A DNA stretch of 64,000 nt from Leucoraja ocellata (lineage: Eukaryota). The notes under the pieces are model-generated. The model was not told the DNA's origin. It did not search any database and saw nothing but the letters and a program-made list of their open reading frames with translations. This document shows positions 52,070 through 61,789 of the stretch, piece by piece. Both the position numbers and the translations under genes were made by a program. The DNA is taken from positions 1,860,001 through 1,924,000 of the forward strand of contig JAWMAR010000214.1 in NCBI GenBank assembly GCA_036785375.1. Reading direction: 5' to 3'. Each line of letters starts with the position of its first letter. Positions within the stretch are counted from its first letter, which is position 1.

Positions 52070-53598
52070 TTTGCTGTAGAATGAATTACCGGCTAATGAG
52101 TTTTGAGGCATTTGTTTGAACTTGAGCAGATAGGATGTGTCTATACACTTCAGAATTCATTATGCTACTACCATCAGCAGTTGTATCATCAATGAAGATA
52201 AGTGAGCCAGTACCTTCAGCAGCCATACATGCCCAGGCCATAATACCCCCACCACTGTGTTTCACAGATGAGGTGGTATGCTTTGTATCATGGGTAGTTC
52301 CTTCTCCCCTCCATACTTTGCCCTTGCCATCACTCTGATATAAGTTCACCTTCATCTCATCTGTCCACAAGACCTTTTTTCCAGAACTGTGGTTGCTCTT
52401 TTAAGTACTTCTTGGCAAACTGTAACCTGGCCATTCTATGTTTGCGGCTAACCAGTGGTTTGCATCTTGCAGTGCAGCCTCTGTATTTCTGTTCATGAAG
52501 TCTTCTGCAGACAGTGGTCATTGGCAAATCCACACCTGACTCCGGAAGAATGTTTCTGATCTGTCAGACAGGTGTTTGGGGAATTTTCTGTATTATAGAG
52601 AGAATTCTTCTGTCATCAGCTGTGGAGGTCTTCCTTGGCCTGCCAGTCCCTTTGTGATTAGTAAGCTCACCAGTGCTCTCTTTCTTCTTAATGATGTTCC
52701 AAACAGTTGATTTTGATAAACGTAAGGTTTGGCTGAGGCCTCTAACAGTTTTATTCTTGTTTCTCGGTCTCATAATGGCTTCTTTGACTTTCTTTGGTCC
52801 TCATGTTGGTAAACAGCAGTAAAAGGTGATGGAAAGACTGGAGGAAAGACTAGGTGATGAGAGCTCTGCATGAAGGAGGCAATTAAACACACCTGAGCAA
52901 TTACAAACACCTGTGAAGCCATGTGTCCCAAACATTATGGTGCCCTGAAATGGGGGGAAACACTGCTGTAATTCCTACATGGTGAAACCAAAATGTATAA
53001 AAATGCCCTTTAATAAAATCTGACAATGTGCACTTTAACCACATGTGATTTTTTTCTATTACAAATCTCAAATTGTGGAGCACAGAGGCAAATAAATAAA
53101 TGATGTGTCTTTATCCCAAACATTATGGAGGGCACTGTATGTCCTCTGGTCCTCGATTCCCCTACTCCGGGCAAAAGACTGTGCATCCACCCGATCTATT
53201 CTTCTCATGATTTTGCACACCTCGATAAGATCTCCCCTCATCCTCCTGCACTCCATGGAATAGAGACCCAGCCTACTCAACTTCTCCCTATAGCTCACAC
53301 CCTCTAGTCCTGGCAACATCCTCGTAAATCTTTTCTGAACCCTTTCAAGCATGGCAACATTTTCCTATAACATGGTGCCCAAAACTAAACATAATATTCT
53401 ATATGCGGTCTGACCAATGTCTTATACAACTGCAACCTGACCTCCCAACTTCTATACTCAATACTCTGACTGATGAAGGCCAAAGTGCCAAAAGCCTTTA
53501 TGACCACCTTATCTACCTGCGACTCGACCTTCAAGGAACCATGCGCCTGCACTCCTAGATCCCTCTGCTCTACAACACTATCCAGAGGACAACCATTT

Positions 53599-54344
53599 AC
53601 AATCACAATCACAATAATACTTTATTCAACATTTTGCAACATACGAGGAATTTCATTTACCAAGTCAGTCATACAGATAAAAAACAACGGAACACACAAA
53701 ATACATTTTAAAATAAACATCCACCACAGTGCCTCCTCGACATTCCTCACTGTGATGGAAGGCTTAAAAAAAGTTCAAATCCCTTCTCTTCTTTGCTCTC
53801 CCGTGGTCGTGGACCTCGAGCCCTCCGTTGATGGGATGATCTTGACTCCCGTAGCCAGCGGCGTTTGGACCCTCCACATCGGGGCGATCAGCTCCTGCAT
53901 TGAGGGGATGTCAGCTCCCCTGCGCCGGCGAATGAACCCTGCATCGGGGCCAGTCGAGCCTCTGCATCATTGGAGCTCCTGACTCGGCCTCTCCCAAGAC
54001 CGCGTGCTCTTGATGGTAAGTCCGCAGGCCGTGGTTGGAGCAATCCCAGACAAAGGATCAGCTCCGATGTTAAGTCCACGCCCCGGGGAGGGGCTCAAGT
54101 CAGTCCGAGGAGGACTCCAACTCCATCGATGGTAGGCCACAGAGTGACCGGAGATATGATCCGGAAATTAATCGCATCTCGGGCAAGGTAAGAAACTGAA
54201 AAAAAAGTTTCCCCCTCCCCCTCCCCCCACATAAAACAAATAAGAGAACATTTACACAAACTTTTAACACACATTAAAAATGTTAAAAAGATGAAAAAAC
54301 ACACAGACTTGGTGGGGCTGCCAATCATGCAGCGCCCCTGGTGA
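53599..54344 (-). mobile_element. same ~750-bp element, copy 2
   Basis: (ACAATC)n tail on the + strand; interrupts the CR1; colinear with copy 1. Confidence 0.8.
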
Positions 54345-55892
54345 TTCCTGCCCTTGTTCGACGTCCGAAATGCAATAAATCACACTATTCTCTATTAAAT
54401 TCCATCAACCATTCCTCCGCCCACCTGGCCAATCGATTCAGATCTTGCAAAATCATTCGCAACCATCTTCACTATCTGCAACACCATTGACTTTTGTATC
54501 ATCGGAAATTACTGTAGCAGTTTTGATGGAAATCTTCAAGTCACAGTTTACCGGTGACATTATATTCAAACAATGGGCCTCAGTTCATTTCTCAGTTTAC
54601 TGACTACATGGAGAACACAGGTGTGTACCACCACAAAGTTACACCAAAGTGTCCGCAAGCTAATGGAGAAGTGGAACGTCAGAGCCAATCTCTAGAGAAG
54701 AGGATGAGAATTTCTCAAGCAGAAGGCAGAGATTGGAAGGAGATGCTCTTATCAAATGCTCAGCATATAGAGCTACACCACTCAACACATCAGGTAAGTC
54801 TGGCAGAATTGTTGTTTTGAAGGAAAATCCGGTCCAAGATACTATGACATGGGAAATGATCAAGAAGTGGGAGATCATGATGCAGAAAAGAAAATGGCAT
54901 CAAAGCATTATGCAGACTGGAGATGAGATGTCAAACCATCAGATGTGATGCCAGGAGACGAGGTGCTAGTGAGGAGAGAAATGGACATACACTTCATTTT
55001 ACAACCATGCACAGTGGTGTCCAGACAAGGAAATAAGGTGGCGGTCCAATCGACAGGAGTCAAATATGATAGAAACATAACGTATATGAAAAGTATCACC
55101 GTTGTGATAGTCCAGGGACATTGCAACCTGAGGTTGAGACTGTGGGGCATCAGACTCAAGGTTATTAAATTGAGGAGCCAAGAATGCACGAGTCTATGCG
55201 AAACAAGAATCGAGATGATGAACTGATGGAACAGGACTAACATCAGAATCCAGTACCAGTGCAGACATAGGCAGTGGTCAGACCAAAACGTCAGAGAAGA
55301 CCACTAAGGAGATACGAGGACTATGAGATATATTGACATGTGGAAATGATGCATAATCAATGTAATGAACGCCATATCCGGAATGGTGTTGCAATGTTCA
55401 GTTTACAATGTGATGATGCGGATATCCTTTTTGTTTGAGAAGGAATGTCATGGTAACTGATGTCATATTTAAATGTATCACGTGTTACTATGATTCAGAA
55501 TGCTCAGAGGACACATGGAGCCGGGATGGAAAGGAATGGCGGACGAATAAAACAATACGTTAATGTTCAATGCCCTTGTTTATTACATTCGGCTCAAGGC
55601 AACAGAAGGCCAAAACATTGAGTATTTTTAAGGTGGAAATTGACAGGTTCATAATTATTAGGAGCATCAAAGGTTATGGGAGAAGGCAGGAGAATGGAAT
55701 TGAGAGGGAAATATAGATCAGCCATTATTGAATGGTGGAGTAGATATGATGGGCTGAATGGCCAAATTATGCTCCTATATCTTATGGTCACCTGCCTGCA
55801 GGAGGTGGAAAACAACTCTAGACTAGCTATTCTATTTTTCTCTTACCTTGTTAATGTCTCTCCAAATGGGATGATGTAGAGATTACAATAAA

Positions 55893-56026
55893 GGTACCTC
55901 GGATAGTTGGCTTTTAGGCTTCCCTCCCTTTCGGTTAGTTGGCTTTTCAGCTTTATTTCCGTTTGGTTATTTGGCTTCCACTTCTTTGCTTCGGCTTCTC
56001 GTCCTTCAACGCCACGTCCGCACACG
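55893..56026. mobile_element. 134-bp insertion with 8-bp TSD and TTCGG/TTAGG-periodic interior
   Basis: acaataaa at 55885-55892 and 56027-56034; single copy at the empty site near 22512; related array at 41175-41405. Confidence 0.75.
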
Positions 56027-57130
56027 ACAATAAAAACAATGCAGCAAAATGTCCTCCCTCTCCCAACATAGTTGCGTCATTTTGCTTGTGTCGGCCAGTA
56101 GCTCAAAACCATCAGCTCGGTTTCATATCATTATTTCCAATGTTTTCCTTGCTGCCATATGAGATAGGATTCAAGATCTTCACCATTTTTGGAAGAAATT
56201 ATTTGTGCCTTCTCTGACATTTACCCCAATGAACAGCGGTAATCCAATAGTTTGTTTTTTTGTGGACTGATTGATTCCTTCACAATACTATATCACTGAT
56301 TGATCTACATGGTTTATCTTGTCAGAGATTTGTCAGAGATTTGTCACAGATAATAGCTCCAGGCTTGTAAACGAGCAGTGGATTGCTTTTCTGAATTCAA
56401 CTTACAGAAAACAGAGTTCTACACATCTAAGAGTATACATTTAAATAATAAGCACATGCCTCTCGTCTCACTTACACAGTTTTAAAAATATTATTCATTT
56501 CATAGCTCGAGGCCAGACAAATTGCTGAATTTCGTATATATGTAGAATTTACTTAATTACGTTTCTAGAATGATGTCTGCTGAATAGAAGAAAATTGCTA
56601 TCTTCATTAATTATTCAACCCAAATTATTCACAGGGAAAACGTACAAACTCCGACACAGCACCCACTGACCTGTTCCATCATAATACATTTGACATCAGC
56701 ACCATATTTGTAAAGGTCCCATAACCTGACTGCTGTTAGACAAAGCTCCCAGGTTTAATATATTTAGATGAACAGTCTGCAGGCTTCAATTTGGATTTGT
56801 GTCATGATTCTAAAACAAACAATGGAAAATCAGTTTGAAGAGAACCGTAGACCAGGTTCCAGAATGTGAATGGAAGCAAGCAGATGGGGAACTGATCTCT
56901 TATACCACAAACCTTGCAGCACCAGCCACCTTTGACGCTGAGGATTCCAAGTGCCTCATGGTCACTTTGTGCCAACGCCACTAATTTACTACAACATTTC
57001 AACATTGGATATTTTCCAAATTGAAATTGTCAGATTTACTCCACAGGTCAATGTTCCTGATCAGTAAACGATGTGCTTGATAGTGCAGGGAACCAGAAAG
57101 AGGTGTCCCAGCAACTGCATGTTGAGGGGA

Positions 57131-57159
57131 TGGGACCCAACGGATCCCACTTGGTCTAG
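57131..57159 (+). mobile_element. Helitron 3' terminus
   Basis: Hairpin tgggacccaacggatccca followed by CTAG|T; matches the end of 61315-61769. Confidence 0.7.
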
Positions 57160-57169
57160 TATATTATTT

Positions 57170-57900
57170 AAAAAGCTGGATATGAATAGTGGAGGTATGA
57201 TTAATATGTTTACAGATGACATAGAAATTGCTGTGAGGTGAGTAGTCTTTGACTGCAGACCAACATTGATAACATCGGCTGAGTTGTGATGGGTAGAATT
57301 TAATTCTTAAAAAATGTGATTTGTTGCAATTTGGCGAGGACGATAATAAGGCAAGAAATGGCACAATGAATGATAGGACTATGGGAAGTATGGAGGAACC
57401 TTGATGTACGGATCCCGGAAGGTAGCAGCGAAAGTAGCACATGGCATACTTGCCTTCACTAGCCAGTGCATAAAATATAAAAACAGTGGGATTACGGTAC
57501 AATTATTTAAAATGTTACTTAGGACAAAGGCCAAGTATTGTGTGTCTTTCTGGATGCCACACTATTTGGAAGAATGTGATTGCACAGGAGGAAGTAGAAA
57601 GGAAATTCACTAGGATATTGTCCGGAATTGAGCAATTCTGTTGTGAGAAGAGATGGGAAAGGTTGGGTTTGTTTTGTATGGAGCAAAGAAAGCTGAAAGG
57701 GATATGATTGAGGTATACAAAATTATGAAGGGAAAAAATAGGCTCGAGATTCACCATTCCCCTTAGCATGGGTATCGATAACAAGAGAGTATAGGGCTAA
57801 TGTAAGGTGTAGGCGATGTGAGGATATTTTTTTTTCAACCAAAGAGTTGTCAATATCTATAACACACAGCTGGAGGGGCCTGTGAAGGCAGATACTCCTG
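57170..57900 (+). mobile_element. old degenerate CR1 fragment
   Basis: Decayed FADD-like and RKFTRILSGIE-like sequence. Confidence 0.7.
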
Positions 57901-58214
57901 GACTGTGAGCCCAGTGTAATGTCTCACAAATAAAAGTGATGATTATATGCTGCAAGAATCTTTGCTCTGTGACATAGGCCGTTGGGTAAAACAGATTTTA
58001 ACGTAGGATTTAAAGAGCAATTTGGTGGAAATCTGAAATGAAAACAAAATGGTGGAAATATTCAACATATGTGGAAACATTTCACGTCAATGTCCCTTCG
58101 TTAAAACTGAAATCCTTTATTGATGAAAGGTCACTGACCTCAAAAATTAACTCTGTCTCTCGGCACAAGTGCCACCTGACATGTTGAATATGCCCAACAT
58201 TATCCATTTACCAA

Positions 58215-59235
58215 GCTCACGGAACTGGGTTTCTGCAACTGGATGCTTGACTTCCACATCAACCACAATCTGTACAAATTGGTGACAACTCTTCCTCCTT
58301 GATAACCATCAGTGCAGGAGCACCATAGCACCAAATGAGAAGATTACGTACTGTATATCAAAGAATACTCTCTTGAACTTCTACAGGTGTACAATGGAGA
58401 GCACATTGACAACAAAAGAAGATGGTAAAAAGTGGTGAACACTGCCCAATCCATCACGGGTACTGACCTCCCCACCATCGAAGGAATCTACGGGAGTCGC
58501 TGCCTCAAAAAGGGAGCCATCATCATCAAAGATCCACACCACCCAGGCCACAATTTCATGTGATATAGGAGCATGAAAACTGCAACGTCCAGGTTCAGGA
58601 ACAGCTTCTTCCCTACAACCATCACGCTATTAAACACTACAAATAAGCTCCAACTACATAGAGTAGGGGCATTGTTACTTACTTTGCACTATCATTGTTT
58701 GTTAATTTTTTTTAATATATTAGCTCTTTTGTTGTTTACTGTGGTGTTCACTGCAATTTAGAAGAATGAGAGGGGATCTTATAGAAACATAAAATTCTTA
58801 AAGGATGGGGCAGGCCAGATGCAGGAAAAGTGTTCCCGATGTTGGAGGAGTCCAGAACCAGGGGTCACAGATTAAGAATAAGAGGTAGGACTGAGATGAG
58901 GAAAATAAATTCACTCAGACAGTTGTGAATCTACAGAATTCTCTTCCACAGAAGGCAGTGGAGGCCAATTCACTGGATGTTTTCAAGAGAGAGAGTTAGA
59001 TTTAGCTCTTGGGACAAAAGGAATCAAGGGATATGGGGAAAAAGCAGGAACGAGTTACTGATCTTAGATGATTAGACATGATAATATTGAATGGCAGTGC
59101 TGGCTTGAAGGGACGAATGGCCTACTCCTGCACCTATTTTCCTGTTTCTATGTGTTTATATATCTGTTGTGCTGCTGCGTAATTGTTTAATTGTTCCGTT
59201 TTGTGACATAGGACAATGAAACTCTCTTGACTAAC
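58215..59235 (+). mobile_element. Rex1-type fragment interrupted by a CR1 3' fragment (about 58758-59152)
   Basis: CNWMLDF, FYRCT and SRFRNSFFPT motifs; the tail ...actctcttgact resumes after the CR1 piece. Confidence 0.78.
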
Positions 59236-59820
59236 TGAGGACATGGAAGAAGCAAGGAACTGCAGATGCTAGAATTTTTAGCAAAACACAAAGTGTTAGT
59301 GGAACTCAGCGGGACGGTCAGCAACTGTGGAGGGAATAGACGGATGACATTTTGTGTTGGGGCCATCCCTCAAACTGGAGCTTGAATTGAATATAAAATC
59401 CAAGATTCATTTAAAGAAAATGCATTAAATCTGGTGAATTGATGCTAACACAAATTTGAAGTATTAAGCTGTAGAAAAATTATATAATCATAACAGGATT
59501 TCACTTGAATTTAAAGATGACAGCATCGGACTATTATGAATGGGACTGGTCTAAATGTCACTTTCTTCAAAAATGATTTAAATCTTTTCAGTAACATTTA
59601 AGGAACACAAGGATATAGTTTTGGAATTATTATTAACCTAATTTAAAATGGCTATTTTAATTTTAGTATTTGCATAATTGTGTATTTTTTCCATGTACAG
59701 TAGCATGAGTTAATGCATTTTTCAGGAGCTGAAGAGGAGACAGACAGACTACATCTGTTTCCTCTTTGGTTTGACATGATTTTCTGAACTGTTTCCCAGA
59801 TGTTCTCTTCCTATCATCAG

Positions 59821-59893
59821 ATTTTACTTGCCAACACCTTTTGCTCTGAGACCTATTTCCAGAATGATTACCTTTTGATGAAGCTACAGAAAA
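59821..59893 (+). pseudogene. copy of acad9 exon 17, still open
   Basis: ILLANTFCSETYFQNDYLLMKLQK; 2/73 nt differ; acceptor intact; donor weakened from gtaagt to gtacga. Confidence 0.92.
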
Positions 59894-59926
59894 GTACGAA
59901 TTTTCAAGAGTAGTAAATGCTACTAA

Positions 59927-60686
59927 CGGGCCTGTTCCATTTAGGTGATTTTTCAACGGACTGCCAGCGACTGTCAAGTTGCCGGCAGTCGCCTGAAAAA
60001 CCGGCATCTGGAACGGCGACTGTCAGAGTGGAACACACACACACACATACATCGCTTCCTTCACCAGCCCGTTATGCAGGCCGGGGGCAGGGCAAGCGGG
60101 GGAGCACTGCATTAAAGAATCACGCAGTGCAAAGCCAAGGTGAAACAGACACACACCGTGATGAACAGGAAGGTTGGCGCTGTAAAAAGACGGCTACAGC
60201 ACAGTGTATGGCAAGTCCTTTAAAAGACGGTGGGGGGTGAAGGGTGGAGACAACCTTTAAGAAGCCAGAGATACACGGCTGTGAAGTTCGGCGAACATTC
60301 ACATTAACATTACCGGTCAGTTATCCTTGGTTCTGAAAACTACTGCTTACCTTTTTTTCCCAATGAGCCAATGAAATTCACCGGTCTGTACCGGCTACAA
60401 CCTACGAGAACCTCCAAGAACCTTCGACCTCCTGGCAACCCACTAGGACCTCCTGGTGACCCACCTACGGCTCGAGACGTCTCCATGGCGGCTTCATTCT
60501 AGTCGCCGTTAATTTTTGAACATGTTGAAAAATTCACAGCGACCATAATGAGGCCGCGACTAGTTCCCGGAATGCGGGAACTCCTCACGACCATGAAGGC
60601 GACTCCCTAGCAACCACCCGCGAACATGTGGCAACTGCATAGTCTCCTGCAGTTGGCCAAAAAGTCGCCTAAGTGGGACAGACCCA
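59927..60686. mobile_element. Harbinger MITE
   Basis: TIRs cgggcctgttccatttagg / cctaagtgggacagaccca; TAA TSD; empty site ctacTAAggaa near 25773. Confidence 0.9.
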
Positions 60687-60713
60687 TAAGGAGCGCATAA
60701 ATCAGATCTTGAA

Positions 60714-61041
60714 CCCCAACCATGGACTGTTTACCCTCCTACCATCTGGGAGGTGCTACAGGTCTCTCCGTTGCCGAACCAGCAGGTCCAGGAACAGCTT
60801 CTTCCCTGCAGCTGTCACACGACAATGTACATCGGTGACTGCCAATCACCCCCCCCCCCCCCCCCCAGACACTCCTCCCACAGGAAAAACACTATGTCTG
60901 TATACATGTAAATAGATTTATTTATTTAAATCATATTCTATGTCGCTCTTCCAGGGAGATGCTAACTGCATTTCGTTGTCTCTGTACTGTACATTGACAA
61001 TGACAATTAAAATTGAATTTGAATCTGAATCTGACTCTGAA
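60714..61041 (+). mobile_element. short 3' copy of the young Rex1 family
   Basis: Near-identical to 50872-51153; absent at the paralogous site near 25800. Confidence 0.9.
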
Positions 61042-61314
61042 CTGTTTAGTTGAAATTAAAAATGGTGCTGTCTGTACCTATATACTTTGGAATGGACAGT
61101 TTACTAAAGGGCATCTTTTTCATAACAGGATTTTTCTTGAATTCAAAGACGTCTGCATCAGACTGTCGTAGAACTGATCTCAATTTAATTTATTTCACTT
61201 CCTTCAAAATCTGATTTCGATCTTTTCAGTAACATTTAAGGAACATAAGGATATAGTTTCGGAACTATTAATAATCACATCTGAAATGGCTATTGGAGTT
61301 AATTTTAATATTTA

Positions 61315-61769
61315 CTAGACTAAGTGGGACCCGTTATGTCCCAGTCACACGGGAGGGGGGGTGTGGGGGAGGTGGGGTTGTGGGGAGGGGGTTGTGGGGG
61401 GCGGGGAGGGGGGTTGTGGGGGAGGGGCCATATGGGGGAGGGGACAGGGGTGTGGGGGGGCATATGTGTGTGTGGGGAGGTGGAGGAGGGTGTGGGGGAG
61501 GGAGAGGGAGGGGGGTGTGGGAGGGGGCTGGTGTGGGGGAGGGGGGTGGTGAGGGGGAAAGTGGGTGGGGGTGTGTGGGGGAGGGGGAACCTTCAATACC
61601 TTCATAACTTTTGTACTTTCACCTATCGGAACAAAACATATTTGACGTAGCAGAGGGGAACGGAGTAAGGTGGCGAAAAATCGTAGCGCTATGGGGGATC
61701 ATTTTTGTGCAAATTTAATTACAACGCAGGCAGGAAGTGGTCAAGATGAGAGTTTTAGTAATATGTAGA
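61315..61769 (-). mobile_element. complete non-autonomous Helitron (455 bp) with a G-rich tract
   Basis: Minus strand: A|TC 5' end, GGGAC..GTCCC hairpin and CTAG|T 3' end; no TSD. Confidence 0.82.
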
Positions 61770-61789
61770 TATAAATTGTACATTTCTGT

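Larger units (their letters stand above)
48153..53137 (-). mobile_element. Tc1 transposon (second family) with two nested retroelements
   Basis: TIRs cagtgccctccataatgtttggga; TA TSD; GRPRKTS, WTDE, VKHSGGGIMAWACM and SQSPDLNPIEH motifs on the minus strand. Confidence 0.94.
48050..54505 (-). mobile_element. CR1 fragment (pieces 48050-48152, 53138-53598, 54345-54505)
   Basis: The joined pieces align with the CR1 at 2140-3510; LERVQKRFTRMLPGL and QRDLGVQ motifs. Confidence 0.85.
47120..55604 (+). mobile_element. degenerate Gypsy LTR retrotransposon split by nested insertions
   Basis: gag (LDNQIRDQVV, LTLEETLKIA, zinc knuckle CFRCGDFGH) at 47330-47960; integrase (NGPQFIS, PQANGEVER) at 54520-55100; 3' LTR at 55446-55604 after a purine tract; 5' LTR remnant tgtttattacattc near 47145. 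Confidence 0.8.
37715..61314 (+). repeat. diverged tandem segmental duplicate of ~13387-26000 (acad9 intron 15 to intron 17), expanded by independent insertions
   Basis: Colinear matches: 13387~37715, 14100~38120, 15061~43710, 15891~44222, 17400~46080, 18585~46449, 22420~55785, 25110~59250, 25671~59821, 25800~61042. Roughly 10% divergence by eye. May extend beyond the window. Confidence 0.95.

Noticed and set aside
37715-61314. Second functional acad9 paralog
   Set aside because: No exons upstream of exon 16 are present, and the exon-16 copy is frameshifted and lacks its donor site.
61293-61650. Gly- or Pro-rich ORFs
   Set aside because: Artefacts of the G-rich tract inside a Helitron.
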